Below are positions 63,174 through 64,000 of a stretch of DNA of 64,000 nucleotides, piece after piece (the first letter of the stretch is position 1; each line of letters opens with the position of its first letter). The notes beneath the pieces were generated by a model, which worked only from the letters and a program-made list of their open reading frames with translations, was not told the DNA's origin and ran no database searches. Source of the stretch: Clostridia bacterium (GTDB lineage: Bacteria > Bacillota > Clostridia > Christensenellales > CAG-314); contig CAAGHL010000070.1 of assembly GCA_900769665.1 (NCBI GenBank), forward strand, positions 13,620 to 77,619, read 5' to 3'. Position numbers and translations under genes: made by a program.

Positions 63174-64000
63174 TTACTCAGCTTCCGTTGTGGTCGTTGT
63201 TTCTTCGGCTTGCTTTTTGTTGCCGATGTTGCAAAGGATGTTGACCAAGATACCGAGGATAAGCGAGCAAGCAACCGCCGTGATGGTGATTTTGCCAACA
63301 TTGATTACAAGTCCGCCTACACCGCTGATAAGGATTACAGACACTACAAACAGGTTGCGGTTGTCGTTGAGGTCGATGGGTTGAATCATTTTGAGACCGG
63401 ACACTGCAATAAATCCGTACAATGCCATACAAACGCCGCCCATTACGCAGCTGGGGATTGTTGCAAGGAAAGTTACAAACGGTCCGACAAAGCTTGCAAC
63501 GATACAAAGAATTGCCGTAGTAAAGATTGTAACTACCGAAGCGTTACCCGTGATTGCTACGCAAGCTACGCTTTCGCCGTATGTAGTGTTGGGGCAACCG
63601 CCGAAGAATGCACCTGCAATACTACCTACACCGTCACCGAGAAGGGTGCGTGTAAGTCCGGGGTTTTCGGTAAGGTCTTGTCCGATAATGCTGGACAGGT
63701 TTTTGTGGTCGGCAATATGCTCGGCAAATACTACAAACGCGACGGGCATGTAAGCAACGGCAATCGTACCGATGTATTGACCGATGTTCGCGTCGCCGTA
63801 GTTGCCGTCAAATGCTTTGAGGAAGGCGAAAGAAGGTACCCATTCCATATGAGCAAACTTGCTGAAATCGATTACTTTGAGTGCATCGATGTTTGCCCAA
63901 TATCCTATGCCGGTAAAGAGTGCCGCAACGGCGTAGCCTGCAACGATACCGATGATGAAGGGGATAAGCTTGATGGATTTGTTGCCGTATACAGACGCAA
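63174..64000 (-). CDS. NCS2-family uracil/xanthine permease (UraA/PyrP-like); N-terminus beyond the right edge
   Basis: The listed ORF 63174..63848 continues in frame to 64000. GGCPNTTYGESVA signature. Confidence 0.85.
   Translation of the reverse strand, partial: ASVYGNKSIKLIPFIIGIVAGYAVAALFTGIGYWANIDALKVIDFSKFAHMEWVPSFAFLKAFDGNYGDANIGQYIGTIAVAYMPVAFVVFAEHIADHKNLSSIIGQDLTENPGLTRTLLGDGVGSIAGAFFGGCPNTTYGESVACVAITGNASVVTIFTTAILCIVASFVGPFVTFLATIPSCVMGGVCMALYGFIAVSGLKMIQPIDLNDNRNLFVVSVILISGVGGLVINVGKITITAVACSLILGILVNILCNIGNKKQAEETTTTTEAE

Overview
64-kb chromosomal window, roughly 50% GC by eye. The gene content points to an endospore-forming Firmicute of Clostridia type: spoIIE, spmA/spmB, a CIRCE element, a T-box leader, a GAAC-N4-GTTC LexA box, and rpsF-ssb-rpsR. 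I call 49 coding segments, 43 on the minus strand and 6 on the plus strand. The strong co-orientation and the rpsF-ssb-rpsR cluster suggest a leading-strand, possibly origin-proximal location, but that is inference only. Housekeeping genes: ileS, rpsF, ssb, rpsR, udk, ppiB, pepF, an RluA-family pseudouridine synthase and a rRNA-type methyltransferase. Sporulation and stress genes: spoIIE, spmAB, hsp20, copA. Carbohydrate genes: GH2 beta-galactosidase, GH5, MFS sugar transporter, and GH3 with transmembrane (TM) anchors at both ends. Transporters: CDF, two ABC exporter halves, two NCS2 permeases. There is also an SOS-boxed Y-family polymerase plus YolD-like cassette, a LytTR/GHKL two-component pair, and many lineage-specific secreted, lipo- or membrane proteins with no recognisable family. 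I saw no rRNA, tRNA, CRISPR array, transposase, integrase or classical defence genes. The unexplained structure is mostly non-coding or at gene boundaries. (1) Two nested inverted-repeat pairs bracket pepF and a 545-aa type IV pilin-like gene, and one repeat type looks like a MITE-like (miniature inverted-repeat transposable element) unit inserted into the other. (2) An identical 39-nt tandem-16-mer element sits exactly 2 nt after the stop codons of two unrelated genes, with a 10-mer variant at a third site. (3) A 64-bp element occurs twice at about 89% identity. (4) An orphan consensus promoter lies behind three 23-bp-phased direct repeats, with no ORF before a strong terminator. (5) A ~970-aa Cys-rich lipoprotein is split by a frameshift at (GT)4/(GC)4 tracts. 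(6) The ileS leader has 425 unexplained nt after an Ile (AUC) T-box. (7) A double zinc-ribbon protein carries an extreme poly-acidic tail. All family calls come from motifs read by eye; no database search, RNA covariance model or GC-skew calculation was possible.
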